From assembly GCA_040755995.1 (NCBI GenBank), contig JBFMAF010000032.1, forward strand, positions 321,306-385,305: a stretch of 64,000 nt of DNA, given 5' to 3'. Below, piece after piece: positions 18,366 through 26,673 of this stretch (its first letter is position 1; every line of letters starts with the position of its first letter). The notes beneath the pieces are model-generated. The model was not told the origin of the DNA. It ran no database searches and saw only the letters and a program-made list of their open reading frames with translations. A program made the position numbers and the translations under genes. This DNA is from Acidobacteriota bacterium. GTDB taxonomy: Bacteria; Acidobacteriota; CAIWXX01.

Positions 18366-18466
18366 TCAAGGCAAGAGGCAAAATGCAAGAGGCAAAGCGC
18401 AAAATGGGGATGGCCGAAAACAGGATGCCAAGACAAGATGCAAAATGGAGAAGGCACAATACAAGA
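18366..18466. repeat. Degenerate (GCAAAAT)-type heptamer tracts
   Basis: GCAAGAG GCAAAAT GCAAGAG GCAAAGC GCAAAAT plus a second, weaker tract. Confidence 0.7.
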
Positions 18467-18488
18467 GTTGAATGGAATCACGCTGGCA

Positions 18489-19232
18489 CTAGTCCGCGCG
18501 CTTCCCGCGCTTTCCGAACGCCCACGCCACCAGAATCCCAAGGGCGTAGAGAACCAGCAGGGGAGCTGCGAACAGGCTCTGGGTGACGATGTCGGGGGTT
18601 GGAGTCACCACGGCGGCAATCACGAAAACCAGCACGATCGCGTACTTGAAGTTTCGCAGGAGGAAACGATGCGTGATCAGCCCGAGCCTCGCGAGGAAGA
18701 AGATGAGGACGGGCAGCTCGAAGACCAGCCCCACGCCGAGCAGCAGCTTCGAGATGAGCGAGAGATACTGGTCGACAGTTATGATCGGCTGGAAGTCGCT
18801 CCCCATCTCCAGAAAGAACCTGCATGCGACCGGGAAGAGGAAGTAGTAGCCGAATGCACCTCCTCCTACGAAGAAGGCCGTTCCGAAGAAAATGAAGGGA
18901 ATCGCATAATACCGCTCCTTCGGGTACAGGCCGGGAGAGATGAACCTCCATAACTCGAGTATCACGACGGGGGACGCGAGGAAAAACGCGGCAAGCAGCG
19001 CGACCTTCATATAGAGAATGAAGGCCGACGGGAGTGTGGTGAATGCCAGCTTGGTGCCTGGAGGCAGGAACTGAGTGACTGGGTGAGCGAGGAACGCGAA
19101 GATCGGCTTAGAATATATCCAGCAGACTATGAATGCCACGAAAATGGCGAGCACCGAGACCAGAAGCCTCGCGCGCAGCTCCTCGAGATGCTCGAGGAAG
19201 GTCATCTTGTCGGGATCCGACCTTGCCATCAA
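18489..19232 (-). CDS. tatC: Twin-arginine translocase subunit TatC
   Basis: MTFLEHLEELRARL, FISPGLYPKE, FELP and AVVTPTPD motifs. Confidence 0.97.
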   Translation of the reverse strand: MMARSDPDKMTFLEHLEELRARLLVSVLAIFVAFIVCWIYSKPIFAFLAHPVTQFLPPGTKLAFTTLPSAFILYMKVALLAAFFLASPVVILELWRFISPGLYPKERYYAIPFIFFGTAFFVGGGAFGYYFLFPVACRFFLEMGSDFQPIITVDQYLSLISKLLLGVGLVFELPVLIFFLARLGLITHRFLLRNFKYAIVLVFVIAAVVTPTPDIVTQSLFAAPLLVLYALGILVAWAFGKRGKRAD

Positions 19233-19317
19233 TCAGCGGCTTGTGCGCCGCGCGCGGCGCCCGCGACCAATCCCCCGGCTGCCGGCACCGCTTCGGACGA
19301 CGCCCCTTTGCTCGGCA

Positions 19318-19545
19318 CTATCCAGCATGGTTCTTGCTGTCGCCGGGCTCGATCTTCTTGGGCTCTTCTCCTATGCGCCGGACCTCGTTCTCCAGCGAGC
19401 TCCGGAGATCGCTGCTCGCGCGGCGGAACTCGCTCAGCGCGCGCCCGACTGTCTTCCCAAGTTCCGGAAGGCGTTTCGGCCCAAAAACCAGCAGCGCGAT
19501 CACCAGTATCAGGAGGATCTCCTGTATCCCAAGCGAACCAAACAT
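19318..19545 (-). CDS. tatA: Twin-arginine translocase TatA/TatE subunit
   Basis: Single TM followed by LVFGPKRLPELGK amphipathic helix. Confidence 0.93.
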   Translation of the reverse strand: MFGSLGIQEILLILVIALLVFGPKRLPELGKTVGRALSEFRRASSDLRSSLENEVRRIGEEPKKIEPGDSKNHAG

Positions 19546-19571
19546 AAATGGAGTCTAGCACCCGGGAGGTG

Positions 19572-19606
19572 GCAAATGCAAAAGGCAAAGTGCAAAATGC
19601 ACAATG
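19572..19606. repeat. (GCAAAAT)-type heptamer tract
   Basis: GCAAAT GCAAAAG GCAAAGT GCAAAAT GCACAAT. Confidence 0.8.
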
Positions 19607-19636
19607 GGGAAGGCCACAGGCGAAATGGTAGAACAG

Positions 19637-19663
19637 GGAACATATTCCGCCGAGGACTCGTCT
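19637..19663 (+). promoter_or_regulatory. Putative ECF-sigma promoter GGAAC-N17-CGTCT
   Basis: Typical ECF -35/-10 pair about 35 bp upstream of the DUF4097 gene. Confidence 0.5.
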
Positions 19664-19696
19664 TTGACTTTGGGTGCTGCGAAGGAGATTGGAGAC

Positions 19697-20482
19697 ATGA
19701 AGAGGAACTATGTATTGAGCCTGGGATTGCTCGCGGGCCTGACGATCGTGTTCGCCGGCTCAGCATCGGCGGGCGACGAGGTGCGCGAGGAATTCCATGA
19801 GACCTACAAACTGGCCGCCAACGGCTCCATCCGCCTGGAAAACATCAACGGCGACGTGAGCATAAAGGCATGGGACCGCCATGAAGTCCGGGTCGACGCG
19901 ATCAAGACGGCCTCCTCAGAGCGGAGTCTTCGAGGGACCCGGATCGCCGTCGACGCCGAGGACGACGAGATCCGGATCGAGACCGAGCATCCGGGTGAAA
20001 ACAGCTCGTGGTGGGACCGGCTGACCCTCGAGCCGGGCCGGGTCGACTACACGCTGACCGTCCCGCGCGACGCACGCCTGCGTGAGATCGAGCTGGTGAA
20101 CGGGCGGCTGGCGGTCGAGGGGGTCGAGGGATCTGTCAAGGCCACTACGATAAACGGCCGCCTCGATGCCCGAGGGCTCATCGCCGACGCCGATCTCTCG
20201 ACAGTGAACGGATCCATGGTCGTGTCCTTCGCGCGACTCGACCACGCTCAACACGTGTCGCTGGAGTCGGTAAACGGCGAGATCGAGGTGACACTCCCGC
20301 CGGCCGCCGATGCGGACGTGAGCGCCAGCACGGTGAGCGGCAGGATCACAACCGATTTCTCACTGCGGATCGACCGGGGCCGCTGGGTAGGCGAAGCACT
20401 CGACGGGACAATCGGAGGTGGCGACGCCCGCCTCCGAGTCCAGACCGTCAACGGACGGATCTCTATCCTGAAATCGAAGTAG
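19697..20482 (+). CDS. Exported DUF4097/putative-adhesin beta-repeat protein
   Basis: Signal peptide; repeated (T/S)VNG/INGxI units; VDYTLTVP. Confidence 0.85.
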   Translation: MKRNYVLSLGLLAGLTIVFAGSASAGDEVREEFHETYKLAANGSIRLENINGDVSIKAWDRHEVRVDAIKTASSERSLRGTRIAVDAEDDEIRIETEHPGENSSWWDRLTLEPGRVDYTLTVPRDARLREIELVNGRLAVEGVEGSVKATTINGRLDARGLIADADLSTVNGSMVVSFARLDHAQHVSLESVNGEIEVTLPPAADADVSASTVSGRITTDFSLRIDRGRWVGEALDGTIGGGDARLRVQTVNGRISILKSK

Positions 20483-20530
20483 CCAAGACTGCCCGCGCAT
20501 CATTGAGCTGAACCGGTACCCGTTCCCCTT

Positions 20531-20566
20531 CCACTCTCTACTATCTACTCTCCACTCTTCACTCTC
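20531..20566. repeat. (CTACTCT/CCACTCT)n heptamer tract
   Basis: CCACTCT CTACTAT CTACTCT CCACTCT TCACTCT. Confidence 0.75.
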
Positions 20567-20694
20567 TGCACGAGGCGGGGCCGAAGCTCCCCTGCATGAT
20601 ACTCCGACCCGAGGCCCCGCCTCGCCGGTAGTCCTTCCCAATCTCCTCCTGATCTGATAGGTTGTGCTGCGGTGATTCACATGGAGATTGCGTC

Positions 20695-21207
20695 ATGACC
20701 AAAGCGGATCCTGCCGAACTGCTCATGCGGCCGTACTCTCTGATAGACAGGCGATGCGCCCTCCTGGCGACCGGGAGGGCCCAGCCCAACCTGATGACTG
20801 TGTCATGGGGCGGGTTCGGCACCATCTGGAACCGTCCGGTCACGACCGTGTATGTCCGACCAACGCGGTACAGCCATACGCTCATCAGCGCCTATCCGGA
20901 ATTCACGCTCAACTTCTTGCCCGAGATTCGGCGCGCAGCGCTCGACTACTGCGGGACTTACTCGGGCCGTACCGTGGACAAGTGGAAAGGGGCCGGGTTG
21001 CAGCCGGAGCGCAGCGAGTGTGTGGCAGTGCCCCGGGTCGCGGGGTCCGACCTGGCCGTCGAGTGCCGCGTCATCGCATCCTTCGTGTTCGATCCGTCGC
21101 GGATCATCGAGAAGTCCATCGAGGAGCTCTACCCTGGGCACGACTACCACACGGCTTTCATCGGCGAGGTCCTGGCCGTGTGGAAGAGCGAGCTCTTCAC
21201 GCCGTAG
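20695..21207 (+). CDS. Flavin reductase-like (FMN-binding split barrel) protein
   Basis: NLMTVSWGG, YVRPTRYS, CGTYSGR and DYHTAFIGEV motifs. Confidence 0.88.
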   Translation: MTKADPAELLMRPYSLIDRRCALLATGRAQPNLMTVSWGGFGTIWNRPVTTVYVRPTRYSHTLISAYPEFTLNFLPEIRRAALDYCGTYSGRTVDKWKGAGLQPERSECVAVPRVAGSDLAVECRVIASFVFDPSRIIEKSIEELYPGHDYHTAFIGEVLAVWKSELFTP

Positions 21208-21298
21208 CTCAGCGGTATGAGGGGCTCGCTGGAGCCCGAAGAGCACGTGTGTCTCGCCGGCACCTGTCGCAGTTCGCTGGCCGGGTGTGCGCGACTAC

Positions 21299-21336
21299 TT
21301 GACATGACTCGACAAATGAGTTAGAAGTGAGTCATG
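21299..21336 (+). promoter_or_regulatory. Sigma70 promoter with operator inverted repeat CATGACTC...GAGTCATG
   Basis: TTGACA-N17-TAGAAG directly before the antitoxin ATG. Confidence 0.65.
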
Positions 21337-21582
21337 ATGAGGATCAACATTCACGATGCCAAGACCCATCTCTCAGGGTACCTCGCCCGCATGAAGGAGG
21401 ACGACGTCATCCTGCTGTGCCGCCGGAACACGCCGGTGGCCGAGATCCGGCTGCTCCCGAAGGCCGCCGGGGATCGGCCTCGACGGCTGGGGCTTGCGAA
21501 GGGGAAGGTGAGAATCAAGAGCGAGTTCTTCGAGCCGCTGCCTGACGAGATAGTCGCCGCCTTCGAGGGGCGGCAGCCTTGA
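21334..21582 (+). CDS. Phd/YefM-family antitoxin
   Basis: INIHDAKTHLS...PVAEI; RRLGLAKG...FFEPLP; overlaps the toxin start. Confidence 0.9.
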   Translation: MMRINIHDAKTHLSGYLARMKEDDVILLCRRNTPVAEIRLLPKAAGDRPRRLGLAKGKVRIKSEFFEPLPDEIVAAFEGRQP

Positions 21583-21965
21583 GGCTGCTCCTCGACACTT
21601 GTACCTTCCTGTGGGCCGTCAGTGCGGTACCCAGGCTGTCTGAGGTGGCTCGACGTCTCATCGTGGACACAGCCAATGAGCCCTACTTCAGCGCGGTGTC
21701 CGCCTGGGAGATCTGCGTGAAGCACAAGCTCGGTGCTCTGGCGCTCGGTGAGCCTCCCGGCGTGTTCATCCCCAAGTATCGCAAAGCCCACGGCTTTCGA
21801 GAGCTGCCCCTTGAGGAGCTATCGACTCTGCAACTCGTGCGCCTCCCGGACTTGCACAGGGATCCCTTCGATCGGATGCTGATATGTCAAGCGGTCGCAC
21901 ACGGTATGGCGATTGTAACCCCCGATCCGCTGGTGACACAGTATCCCGTGCGGACGATCTGGTGA
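21579..21965 (+). CDS. vapC: VapC-family PIN toxin
   Basis: LLLDTCTFLW, SAWEI and HRDPFDRMLICQA motifs. Confidence 0.93.
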   Translation: MRLLLDTCTFLWAVSAVPRLSEVARRLIVDTANEPYFSAVSAWEICVKHKLGALALGEPPGVFIPKYRKAHGFRELPLEELSTLQLVRLPDLHRDPFDRMLICQAVAHGMAIVTPDPLVTQYPVRTIW

Positions 21966-22009
21966 GACGTGCAGGTCGCCTCGGCGCCGGTGCCGTGACG
22001 GGCACGACG

Positions 22010-22780
22010 TCACGAGGCGGGGAGCAGCCGGGCGACTCGCACTCCTGAGCTGTCGAGCCTGGCGCGAATTGCCCCGATGATCGCGATCGCATCAGGCGTG
22101 TCGCCATGGACGCACAAGGTCTCGGCGCGCACCGGCACGCGGGATCCGTCTATGGCCAGCACGACACCTTCACACACGACTCGCGCAGCCTGGTCCGCCG
22201 CCTTTCGAGGGTCGGTGATCATTGCGTCAGGGTGACGGCGGGATCGCAACGAGCCGTCAGGCTCGTAGACGCGATCCGCGAAAGCCTCCGCCGCTACGCG
22301 GAACCCCTCCGACCGCCACACATCCAACATGACCGATCCCGCGAGGCCGACGAGCACCACCTTGCGGTTCCAGCGCGCCACGCCACCGGCCACCGCCTTC
22401 GCAACGACGGCGTCCCTGGCCGCCACGTTGTAGAGCGCTCCATGCGGCTTCACGTGCACCGGCTCGCACCCAAGCTCGCATGCCACTGCAGCCAGCCTCC
22501 GCACCTGCTCCTCCACGCATCGGCTGATCTCCACGGCCTCGATCTTCATCTCCAGCCGGCCGAAGTTTTCGCGATCGGGGTAGCTTGGGTGAGCCCCGAT
22601 GCCGACTCCGTAACCGGAGGCCATCCTGACCAGCGCACGCATGGTCGATTCGTCTCCGGCATGCCCGCCGCAAGCGATGTTGGCCGATGTGATCCTCCGA
22701 ACGAGCGCATCCTCCCTCCCGTCCGCAATTGCCTCCGGACGCTCGCCCACATCCGCGTTCAGATCGATCGAAAGCGCCAT
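22010..22780 (-). CDS. pxpA: 5-oxoprolinase subunit A (LamB/YcsF)
   Basis: DLNADVGE, ANIACGGHAGD, HVKPHGALYN and CVHGDTP motifs. Confidence 0.95.
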   Translation of the reverse strand: MALSIDLNADVGERPEAIADGREDALVRRITSANIACGGHAGDESTMRALVRMASGYGVGIGAHPSYPDRENFGRLEMKIEAVEISRCVEEQVRRLAAVACELGCEPVHVKPHGALYNVAARDAVVAKAVAGGVARWNRKVVLVGLAGSVMLDVWRSEGFRVAAEAFADRVYEPDGSLRSRRHPDAMITDPRKAADQAARVVCEGVVLAIDGSRVPVRAETLCVHGDTPDAIAIIGAIRARLDSSGVRVARLLPAS

Positions 22781-22798
22781 GGCATCTCCGTCCAGCGT

Positions 22799-24046
22799 CT
22801 ATCCCAGCCTACTCCCTTTGGTCTCCGGCATCAGCATCATGAGGCCGGCGCCGAGCAGGAAGAAGACCGACGTGAGCGCGAGAGCGCTCCCGATCCCGTG
22901 CACGTCGGCGACGGCTCCGATCGTGTATGGAGCGAGCGCGCTGACTGCACGGCCCATGTTGTATGCGAATCCCTGCGCCGTAGCTCGAATGCGGGTCGGG
23001 AACAGCTCGGCGAGCATGGCTCCGAAGACGCTGAAATAGCCGTGCCCGAAGAAGCCGACCAACGGCCCCAGACAGAGCAATACCGTCTCATGTCCCGATA
23101 GGCTGCCGTAAAGCGGCACCAGTGCTGCAGCGACCAGCAGGAACGCGATGAATACCGGCCGCCTTCCCAACCGGTCGGCGAGAAAGCCGAAGAGAATGTA
23201 CCCGAAAAACGCGCCGATCTGCATCGGAACGACCCACGCGGAAGACTTCACGATACTCATGCCCGCCCCGCCCGCTTCGACCGGCGACGACAAGAACGCG
23301 GGTATCCAGGTGAAGAGGCCCCAGTAGGCGAAGAGTACTGAGGTCGTCAATGCCGTGGCCGACAGCAGCCGGCGAAGCGGAGCTCCGGCGAGAAACCCGC
23401 GAACGGCTTCCGCCGGGTTCGAAGGCCGCACCGCGAATCCCGCCCGCCAGATTTCCGGCTCCTTGACTCCGCCTCGAATCCACACGGCAAGCAGTGCCGG
23501 GACTACTCCCACTGCAAACAACCAACGCCACCCGTGGGACGGGAGTATGGCAGCCGCGAGGACAGCCGCCATGATATAGCCGATCGCCCATCCTGACTGC
23601 ATCAATCCAATCGCCTTGCCGCGGTGCGCATCAGGCCATGTCTCCGACACCAAAACCGATCCCGCCGACCACTCACCACCCAGGCCGATACCGACCAGTG
23701 TCCTCCAGATGATAAGTTGGCCCATCGAGCCGGCCGTGGCCGTCATGGCCGTGAAGATCGAATACACTAAGATCGAGTACATGAGCGACCTGGCGCGGCC
23801 GATCCGATCGGCGAGCATTCCAAAGAGTATCCCCCCGAACGCGGACGCCACCAATGTGCCCGATGCCAACGCGCCAGCCTCCGCTGCTGTCAGGTTGAAT
23901 TCCTTTCGTATGGCCGTCAACGCGAACGCATAGAGCATGACGTCCATGGCATCCAGCATCCAGCCCGCCTGCGCCGCGATCAGTGCCTTCCACTGCTCGC
24001 TCGTAATCGCTCGATACCAGGGGAGGTTGTCTTCCACCACGCTCAT
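22799..24046 (-). CDS. MFS transporter
   Basis: 12-TM pattern; GMLADRIGR, GIGLGGEW and GFLADRLGRR motifs. Confidence 0.95.
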   Translation of the reverse strand: MSVVEDNLPWYRAITSEQWKALIAAQAGWMLDAMDVMLYAFALTAIRKEFNLTAAEAGALASGTLVASAFGGILFGMLADRIGRARSLMYSILVYSIFTAMTATAGSMGQLIIWRTLVGIGLGGEWSAGSVLVSETWPDAHRGKAIGLMQSGWAIGYIMAAVLAAAILPSHGWRWLFAVGVVPALLAVWIRGGVKEPEIWRAGFAVRPSNPAEAVRGFLAGAPLRRLLSATALTTSVLFAYWGLFTWIPAFLSSPVEAGGAGMSIVKSSAWVVPMQIGAFFGYILFGFLADRLGRRPVFIAFLLVAAALVPLYGSLSGHETVLLCLGPLVGFFGHGYFSVFGAMLAELFPTRIRATAQGFAYNMGRAVSALAPYTIGAVADVHGIGSALALTSVFFLLGAGLMMLMPETKGSRLG

Positions 24047-24127
24047 TATACAGCGCGACCGTTGTCGCGCTGTATGGACACCGACACCAGACAGTGCTGC
24101 AGGGCAAGGCGCCACGTTGTGCGGAGC

Positions 24128-25075
24128 TCAGCCTGCGGGTTCGAGCGCATCCGGGCCGATCAGCGCCTCCTGCGCCCGCAGAAGCTCGACTGCCTCCGCG
24201 ATCGACACTTGCGCGAAGCGCACTTCGTCGCGAGGTCTGAGCTGCCCGACGCGGCTCAGGTCCGCCGAGATTACGTTGGCGATCTTCGGATAGCCACCTG
24301 TCGTAGGCCGCTCGACGAAAAGCAGGATGGGTTGCCGGTTATCCGGCACCTGCACCGCGCCTGCTGAAACACCTTCGGTGAGCATGTCGCCTTGGGCCCG
24401 CCTTTCAAGTGTGGGTCCGCCCAGTCGCAGGCCGACACGATTGGAATCCTCCAGAACTTTGAACGCGGATGAGAAGAACAGTTCGTCAGCCACTTTCGTG
24501 AATTGTTCCCACTGAGGCCCCCTGGTCGCTCGTAACGGGCCGCTCGCGCCCGGAATGAGAGACGGTCTCAGTCGCACGGGTCTGAATTCCCGCGAGCCGG
24601 GCGGATCGCCCAGCTCGATCATGTCCCCTTTCCTGAGCGCGCGGCCGTCGTGGCCCCCGAGGCGTGTCTGCAGATGCGTCGACGCGCTGCCCAGAACCAG
24701 CGGCACTCGAATGCCCCCGCGAATGCAGAGGTAGGCCCGGGCGCCAGCCCGAGTCGGGCCGAGCTGGATCCTCTGGCCGCGCCTCACAAGCAGTGACGTC
24801 CACGCGGGGACCGCCTGGCCGTCCACGGTGGGCCCGAAATCGGCGCCGGTTATCGCAATGACTGAATCCGCCTCGAACTCAAACGTGCCGCCGAGAAGGG
24901 TCATCTCGACGGCCGGGGCGTTCGCAGAGTTGCCTACGAGCAGATTCCCGAGCCGCAACGCCGTCGAGTCGGCCGCACCGGCCGGCGAGACGCCCAGGTG
25001 CGCGAGGCCGTGTCGCCCCAGGTCCTGAACCGTCGAGAGAAACCCGGGCGCGATCACTCGTATGCCCGAATTCAT
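24128..25075 (-). CDS. pxpC: 5-oxoprolinase subunit C (AHS2)
   Basis: TVQDLGR, GARAYL, SNRVGLRL and TTGGYPKI motifs. Confidence 0.93.
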   Translation of the reverse strand: MNSGIRVIAPGFLSTVQDLGRHGLAHLGVSPAGAADSTALRLGNLLVGNSANAPAVEMTLLGGTFEFEADSVIAITGADFGPTVDGQAVPAWTSLLVRRGQRIQLGPTRAGARAYLCIRGGIRVPLVLGSASTHLQTRLGGHDGRALRKGDMIELGDPPGSREFRPVRLRPSLIPGASGPLRATRGPQWEQFTKVADELFFSSAFKVLEDSNRVGLRLGGPTLERRAQGDMLTEGVSAGAVQVPDNRQPILLFVERPTTGGYPKIANVISADLSRVGQLRPRDEVRFAQVSIAEAVELLRAQEALIGPDALEPAG

Positions 25076-25094
25076 CCCAGACCCCTCTCAAACA

Positions 25095-25201
25095 GAAGTA
25101 TGAAGTACGAAAGGTGCTGTGCCGTGCCAGCGGTCGAACCGTGTGGGCGTCGCACCCGTCGAACGACTCCTTTCAGACTTCATACTTCAAGCTTCACACT
25201 T
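25095..25201. repeat. Inverted pair of (TGAAGTA)-type heptamer tracts around a 55-bp spacer
   Basis: GAAGTATGAAGTACGAAAGG ... CCTTTCAGACTTCATACTTCAAGCTTCACACT. Confidence 0.8.
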
Positions 25202-25907
25202 GTTCGCGCTGCTTGTCGAACTCAGCGCGATCCACGCGCACGAATCGTACGGCGTCGCCTGTTTGGAGAAGCGACGGAGGATTGCGCGTCGCTATGAACA
25301 GTCTGAGCGGGGTTCTTCCGATGATTCTCCAGCCTCCGGGCGATTCGAGCGGATAGATCCCCGCCTGATTCCCGCCGATTGCGACGCTGCCCGCGGGCAC
25401 GCGCGTCCTCGGCGTTGCGAGCCGTGGTGTGGCGAGGCTGGGCGGCAAGCCGCCCAGATATGGAAAGCCCGGCGAGAAGCCGATGAAGTAGACCTGATAG
25501 TGGGCCTCGGTGTGAATGCGGACCACCTCGTCGCGCGCGAGCCCGGAGTGCGCTGCCACGGAGTCGAGATCCGGGGCGAGCTCGGAGTCATAGCACACCG
25601 GTATCGTGACCTCGCGCCCCGGCTCCTGCTCCAGATCCGCTCCGCTCCGGGCTCCCTCGGCAACAAGCTCCTCCACCTCACGGTGAGCAGCCAGCGTGGG
25701 ATCGAAGCACACCAGCAGGGACGAGTAGGCGGGATGGAGATCCCGTACGAAGGATGGGGCGCGCGACCGCAGGAATCCAAACAGGCGCAGGGCTCTCGCG
25801 TGGTGGTCTGCAGAGATGGTGTCTCCGAACGTCACAAGCACCGAGTGGTCGCTTGCAGGTACGAGCCGGAACGTTGCGTGGGATCCGGGGTACTCTGCCT
25901 GTGGCAT
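25194..25907 (-). CDS. pxpB: 5-oxoprolinase subunit B (AHS1)
   Basis: PAYSSLLV, IPVCY, GFSPGFPYL, VPAGSVAIGG and SPGGWRIIGRT motifs. Confidence 0.93.
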   Translation of the reverse strand: MPQAEYPGSHATFRLVPASDHSVLVTFGDTISADHHARALRLFGFLRSRAPSFVRDLHPAYSSLLVCFDPTLAAHREVEELVAEGARSGADLEQEPGREVTIPVCYDSELAPDLDSVAAHSGLARDEVVRIHTEAHYQVYFIGFSPGFPYLGGLPPSLATPRLATPRTRVPAGSVAIGGNQAGIYPLESPGGWRIIGRTPLRLFIATRNPPSLLQTGDAVRFVRVDRAEFDKQREQV

Positions 25908-25929
25908 CGCGACAAGGATATGCAGCCCA

Positions 25930-25982
25930 AGTGCAAAATGCAAAATGCGCGTTCTTCATTTTGCATTTTGCATTTTGCATTG
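25930..25982. repeat. Inverted (GCAAAAT)n/(ATTTTGC)n heptamer tracts in a divergent promoter region
   Basis: GTGCAAAATGCAAAATGC...CATTTTGCATTTTGCATTTTGCATTG. Confidence 0.88.
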
Positions 25983-26027
25983 ACTCTTTTGCCTTCTGGC
26001 GGCGCAGCAGGTAATATTGGGGAGATT

Positions 26028-26597
26028 ATGAGCGAAGTGCTGGTGGAGAGAGAGCTGGCCGGAGGCCGCGTGTTGCGGGTGATGCACGGTGATCTGACCG
26101 ATGAGCGCGTGGATGCCATCGTGAACGCGGCGAACTCGCAGCTGGCTCACGGTGGAGGTGTCGCCGGGGCTATCGTGCGGAAGGGCGGTGCCGTGATTCA
26201 GGAGGAGAGCAGTCGCGTGGCGCCCGTTCCGGTGGGTGAGACGGCCGTGACGTCGGCCGGCGGGCTCCCTGCACGCTACGTCATCCACGCGGTCGGACCC
26301 GTGTGGGGCGAAGGGGATGAAGACCGCAAGCTGTACAGCGCGTTCTACAATTCGCTTAAGCGCGCCGGGGATCTCGAATGCAAATCGGTGTCGCTTCCGG
26401 CGATCAGCTCGGGTATCTTCGGATTCCCGAAGGAGCGATGCGCGAAGATATTCGTGGACGCAGTGGAGAGTTATCTGGCGGAGCATCCCGAATCGAGCTT
26501 GCGGGAGATCCGCGCGACAAACATCGACCAGGCGACCTCGGTGCTCTTCTCCGAGGAGGTGCGGAGAAGGGTGGGACAGGGCGGCGAGAAACGGTGA
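26028..26597 (+). CDS. Macrodomain protein (ADP-ribosyl hydrolase / O-acetyl-ADP-ribose deacetylase family)
   Basis: GDLT...DAIVNAAN...GGGVAGAI, VIHAVGP and PAISSGIFGFP motifs. Confidence 0.95.
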   Translation: MSEVLVERELAGGRVLRVMHGDLTDERVDAIVNAANSQLAHGGGVAGAIVRKGGAVIQEESSRVAPVPVGETAVTSAGGLPARYVIHAVGPVWGEGDEDRKLYSAFYNSLKRAGDLECKSVSLPAISSGIFGFPKERCAKIFVDAVESYLAEHPESSLREIRATNIDQATSVLFSEEVRRRVGQGGEKR

Positions 26598-26673
26598 ATG
26601 CGTAGCCGGTGGGCGGATGCGCGGCCTTCACTGCGCGGGGCAGAACACCATGAAGCAGGTGGTTGAGGAGTTC

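Noticed and set aside
25119..26027. Long N-terminal extension of the macrodomain ORF, and similar extensions on ctpA, the AAA gene, cheR and the RHH antitoxin
   Set aside because: The extensions overlap other genes or repeats; downstream starts have SD or promoter support
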